A stretch of 63,081 bases of DNA, counting the filler, from Deltaproteobacteria bacterium (GTDB lineage: Bacteria > JAUYMQ01): assembly GCA_030698575.1 (NCBI GenBank). It is 9 parts of 9 records of this genome, joined end to end, with 100 filler letters (N's around TTAATTAATTAA, not from the genome) between each part and the next. Parts side by side here need not be neighbours in the genome. Positions count along the whole stretch, not along the records: positions 59,163 to 63,081 come from JAUYMQ010000156.1; 8 more parts are not named here. One strand, written 5' to 3'. Shown here piece after piece: positions 60,787 to 63,081 of this stretch. Position numbers and translations under genes: made by a program. How positions within the stretch are numbered: the stretch's first letter is position 1; every line of letters begins with the position of its first letter. Under the pieces are notes generated by a model. It was not told where the DNA came from. It saw only the letters and a list, made by a program, of their open reading frames with translations, and did no database searches.

Positions 60787-61009
60787 CTAGGTAGTACGCT
60801 CACCCCTGTAAGCGTGGTCAGTCTAGCACGGAGGGGCGGCGCGCCTGAATGGTTATTGTGTCGCAGGAACGCGGCTTTGCGCGTGTGGAACAGCGGTCCG
60901 CGGATATCGTGATAGGCCGCAAGGGGGGTCCGTGTAGCGGGGTGAGCGGGGTGTGCTCTACCTCTGCGTTTAGCGCTTGAGCCCCGAGAAGCCCTCGCCT
61001 TCTTCGAAG

Positions 61010-62164
61010 CTACCGCAGCATTTGCCCGACGAGGCACGCGATCGTGCGAACCGGAAACGATGGCTGCGCCTCGGAGAGCATGGCGGCGCACTCGGCGGAG
61101 CCGGTCACGATCAGCTCGTATCCTGCCTCGCGCGCTTCGTCGGCGATGGCGCTCGCCATCATGCGGGCCGACCGGCGATCGACGAAGGGGAACCCGCCGC
61201 CGCCGCCGCAGCAGGAGCCGCGCTCGCGCGACCAGGGGAACTCACCAAGCGGCTTCTCAAAGAGCGCCGACGCCAGGCGGCGGGGCGCGTCGTAGACTCC
61301 CGCGTGCCGCCCGAGGTGGCAGGGGTCGTGGTAGACCGCCTTCTCGGTTCGCTTCTTGATTCCCTTCAACTTGTCTCCGGTCAGCGCCCCGTCGAGCGAC
61401 GTCACGAGATCCACGACCGGCACGCCGAGGTCCGCGCCGACCTTCGGATACTCCTTCTCGAGCGTGCGCGCGCAGATCGACGCATCGCAGACGATACGTT
61501 CGTGCCCCGCGAGCAACGCCTGGTTCGCCCGGGCGACGGCCTTGAACTCCGCGACGAAGCCGAGATCGCGCAGCGGCGCGCCACAGCAGCGCAGTGCCGG
61601 GTCCGGGAGCGCCACCTTCCCAAGCGCCCCCGTCGCCGCCCGCGCGGCGTCGGCGGCCCGGCGCGGATTGGCGGCCGTGGCGCAGGCGAGGAACAGTACA
61701 TCGGGCGCCTTCGCGTCGATGGCCTGCCCCGGCACCGCCTCCGCGACAGCCGCGGCCGCCGCGGCGCGGTCGCCCGGCTCGAACATCGATCCGTTCGCGT
61801 CGAAACACGCCTTCGCCGCGGCAACCTCCGCGGGAACGGCGCCCTGCCCTACCGCGATCTCACGCGCCGCCCACAGAGTGGTCGGCACGTCGTTCCCGTG
61901 CAGGCAGTAGGGCTGGCAGCGGAGACAGCCCGTGCAGTCGTAGAAACTCCGGGCGATCTCGGCATCGAGCCCCACGTGCCCCTTGCGAACATGGTTGGCC
62001 AGCCCCATGAGCGCCCAGGGCGTGACCGACTCCCTCCCCGTGGCCTCCGCCATCGGGCAGGCGAGCCGGCACATCTTGGGGCAGTAGGTGCAGTGCTCGA
62101 GCGGCTGCTCGTGATCGTCTAGCCGGCGGAGCCCTTCCGCCTGTGAGGTCGCTGCGTCGCTCAT
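61010..62164 (-). CDS. Fe-S oxidoreductase (4Fe-4S plus CCG domains, GlpC-like)
   Basis: CTYCPKMCRLACP, CTGCLRCQPYC, CCG, YHDPCHL and SCCGGGG motifs. Confidence 0.88.
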   Translation of the reverse strand: MSDAATSQAEGLRRLDDHEQPLEHCTYCPKMCRLACPMAEATGRESVTPWALMGLANHVRKGHVGLDAEIARSFYDCTGCLRCQPYCLHGNDVPTTLWAAREIAVGQGAVPAEVAAAKACFDANGSMFEPGDRAAAAAAVAEAVPGQAIDAKAPDVLFLACATAANPRRAADAARAATGALGKVALPDPALRCCGAPLRDLGFVAEFKAVARANQALLAGHERIVCDASICARTLEKEYPKVGADLGVPVVDLVTSLDGALTGDKLKGIKKRTEKAVYHDPCHLGRHAGVYDAPRRLASALFEKPLGEFPWSRERGSCCGGGGGFPFVDRRSARMMASAIADEAREAGYELIVTGSAECAAMLSEAQPSFPVRTIACLVGQMLR

Positions 62165-63081
62165 GGCACCAGCTTTCCCGGGTTCAGGATGTTGTTCGGG
62201 TCGAGGGATTTCTTGAGGGCGTGGTAGATCCGGAGAAGTTCGCCGTGCTCCTCGGCCATCCAGGGCGCCTTGAGCACACCGATGCCGTGGTGATGGCTGA
62301 TGGTCCCGCCCGCCTCGAGGCAGGCCTTCATGGCCTCCTCCCAGACGGACAAGTAGGCCGCGGCGTCGTCGTCGCCGTCGGCGCGCCCGACGAAGGTGAA
62401 ATAGATCGATCCTCCCTCGGGATAGACGTGGCTGAAGTGCGCCAGGCAGGTCATGCGCTTGCCGATCGCCTCGCGCATCACATCATATAGATTCTCGAGG
62501 TTCGACCAGCGCGTGGCCACCTCGATCGTGTCGACCATCATGCCGCCGTGATAGATGATGCTCTGCTTGTAGCTGATGTCGTAACGGTGCTTCCACCAGT
62601 GCTCGCCCGGGCCGGGGCCCATCGGCTGGCAGCCCTCTTGCTCGCGGCAGATGCGATCGGCGAGGCTGGTCTTCGCATCGATCAGTGCCTGGACGTCCTC
62701 GAAGACGAGAATCAGCAGGCACCCCGACACGTCGAGGCCGAGCGCCGTCATGGTCATCGTGGTGTCCATCTCGTCGTAGAGGCGAACGGCGGCCGGGTCG
62801 AGCCCCGCGCGCATGAGCAGGCGAATGGCCCGGAGTCCGGTGGACACGTCGGGGTAGACGTACCCCGCGAAGTGCCGCGCCTCGGCCACCGGCCGCACCC
62901 GGCAGGTCCCCGCCGTGATGACGCCGAGCGTTCCCTCGCTACCTATAAGAAGCTGATCGAAGCGGGGGCCGGCGGCCGTGCGCGGCGTTACCTTGGAGGC
63001 AAAGCGAGACCCATCAGGGAGCACCCCCTCGAGCCCCATCACCATGTCCTCGATCTTCCCGTACTTGGTCGAGAGCTGGCC
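62161..63081 (-). CDS. FAD-linked oxidase (alkyl-DHAP synthase-like), 5' truncated
   Basis: STKYG, GSEGTLGVIT, HFSHVY, HHHGIG and LNPGKL motifs. Confidence 0.88.
   Translation of the reverse strand, partial: GQLSTKYGKIEDMVMGLEGVLPDGSRFASKVTPRTAAGPRFDQLLIGSEGTLGVITAGTCRVRPVAEARHFAGYVYPDVSTGLRAIRLLMRAGLDPAAVRLYDEMDTTMTMTALGLDVSGCLLILVFEDVQALIDAKTSLADRICREQEGCQPMGPGPGEHWWKHRYDISYKQSIIYHGGMMVDTIEVATRWSNLENLYDVMREAIGKRMTCLAHFSHVYPEGGSIYFTFVGRADGDDDAAAYLSVWEEAMKACLEAGGTISHHHGIGVLKAPWMAEEHGELLRIYHALKKSLDPNNILNPGKLVP

Overview
This window is not one locus. It is nine unrelated contigs joined by 100-nt N linkers carrying TTAATTAATTAA, so no gene context can be inferred across the linkers. (1) 1-3647: temperate phage immunity region with a cI-like/cro-like switch, four ACACGC-N4-RCGTGT operators and mirror-image promoters. 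(2) 3748-17220: high-GC bacterial DNA with two GGDEF-EAL proteins, MmgE/PrpD, a GMC oxidoreductase, an SRPBCC protein, an lvaABC-like kinase/acyl-CoA dehydrogenase trio, a BtrH-like protein and a sulfotransferase. (3) 17321-30375: phage replication module (SMC-like ATPase, AAA_24, DUF669 SSB, SF2 helicase, primase-AAA_25, palindromic ori-like array, RusA, tRNA-Asp, HNH, SNF2-like). (4) aroC, D-aminoacylase, membrane hydrolase. (5) arsC, GT4s, phosphodiesterase-family protein, DUF2378/V4R protein. (6) comM, M28 peptidase, moaC, ECF sigma with zinc anti-sigma. (7) Surface polysaccharide cluster (WecA-like, four GT4, AsnB, deacetylase, methyltransferase, FemAB-like, nucleotidyltransferase). (8) hsdM plus a hypothetical protein. 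(9) SF1 helicase behind an attI-like site, plus an Fe-S/FAD oxidoreductase pair. Best leads: a multi-stem candidate ncRNA with a T-loop minihelix just before the phage tRNA-Asp; a promoter-driven antisense ORF overlapping the phage repressor that resembles the repressor's own C-terminal helix; the palindromic array after the primase; and an integrase-less attI-like site. All family calls come from motif recognition by eye; no searches were run.
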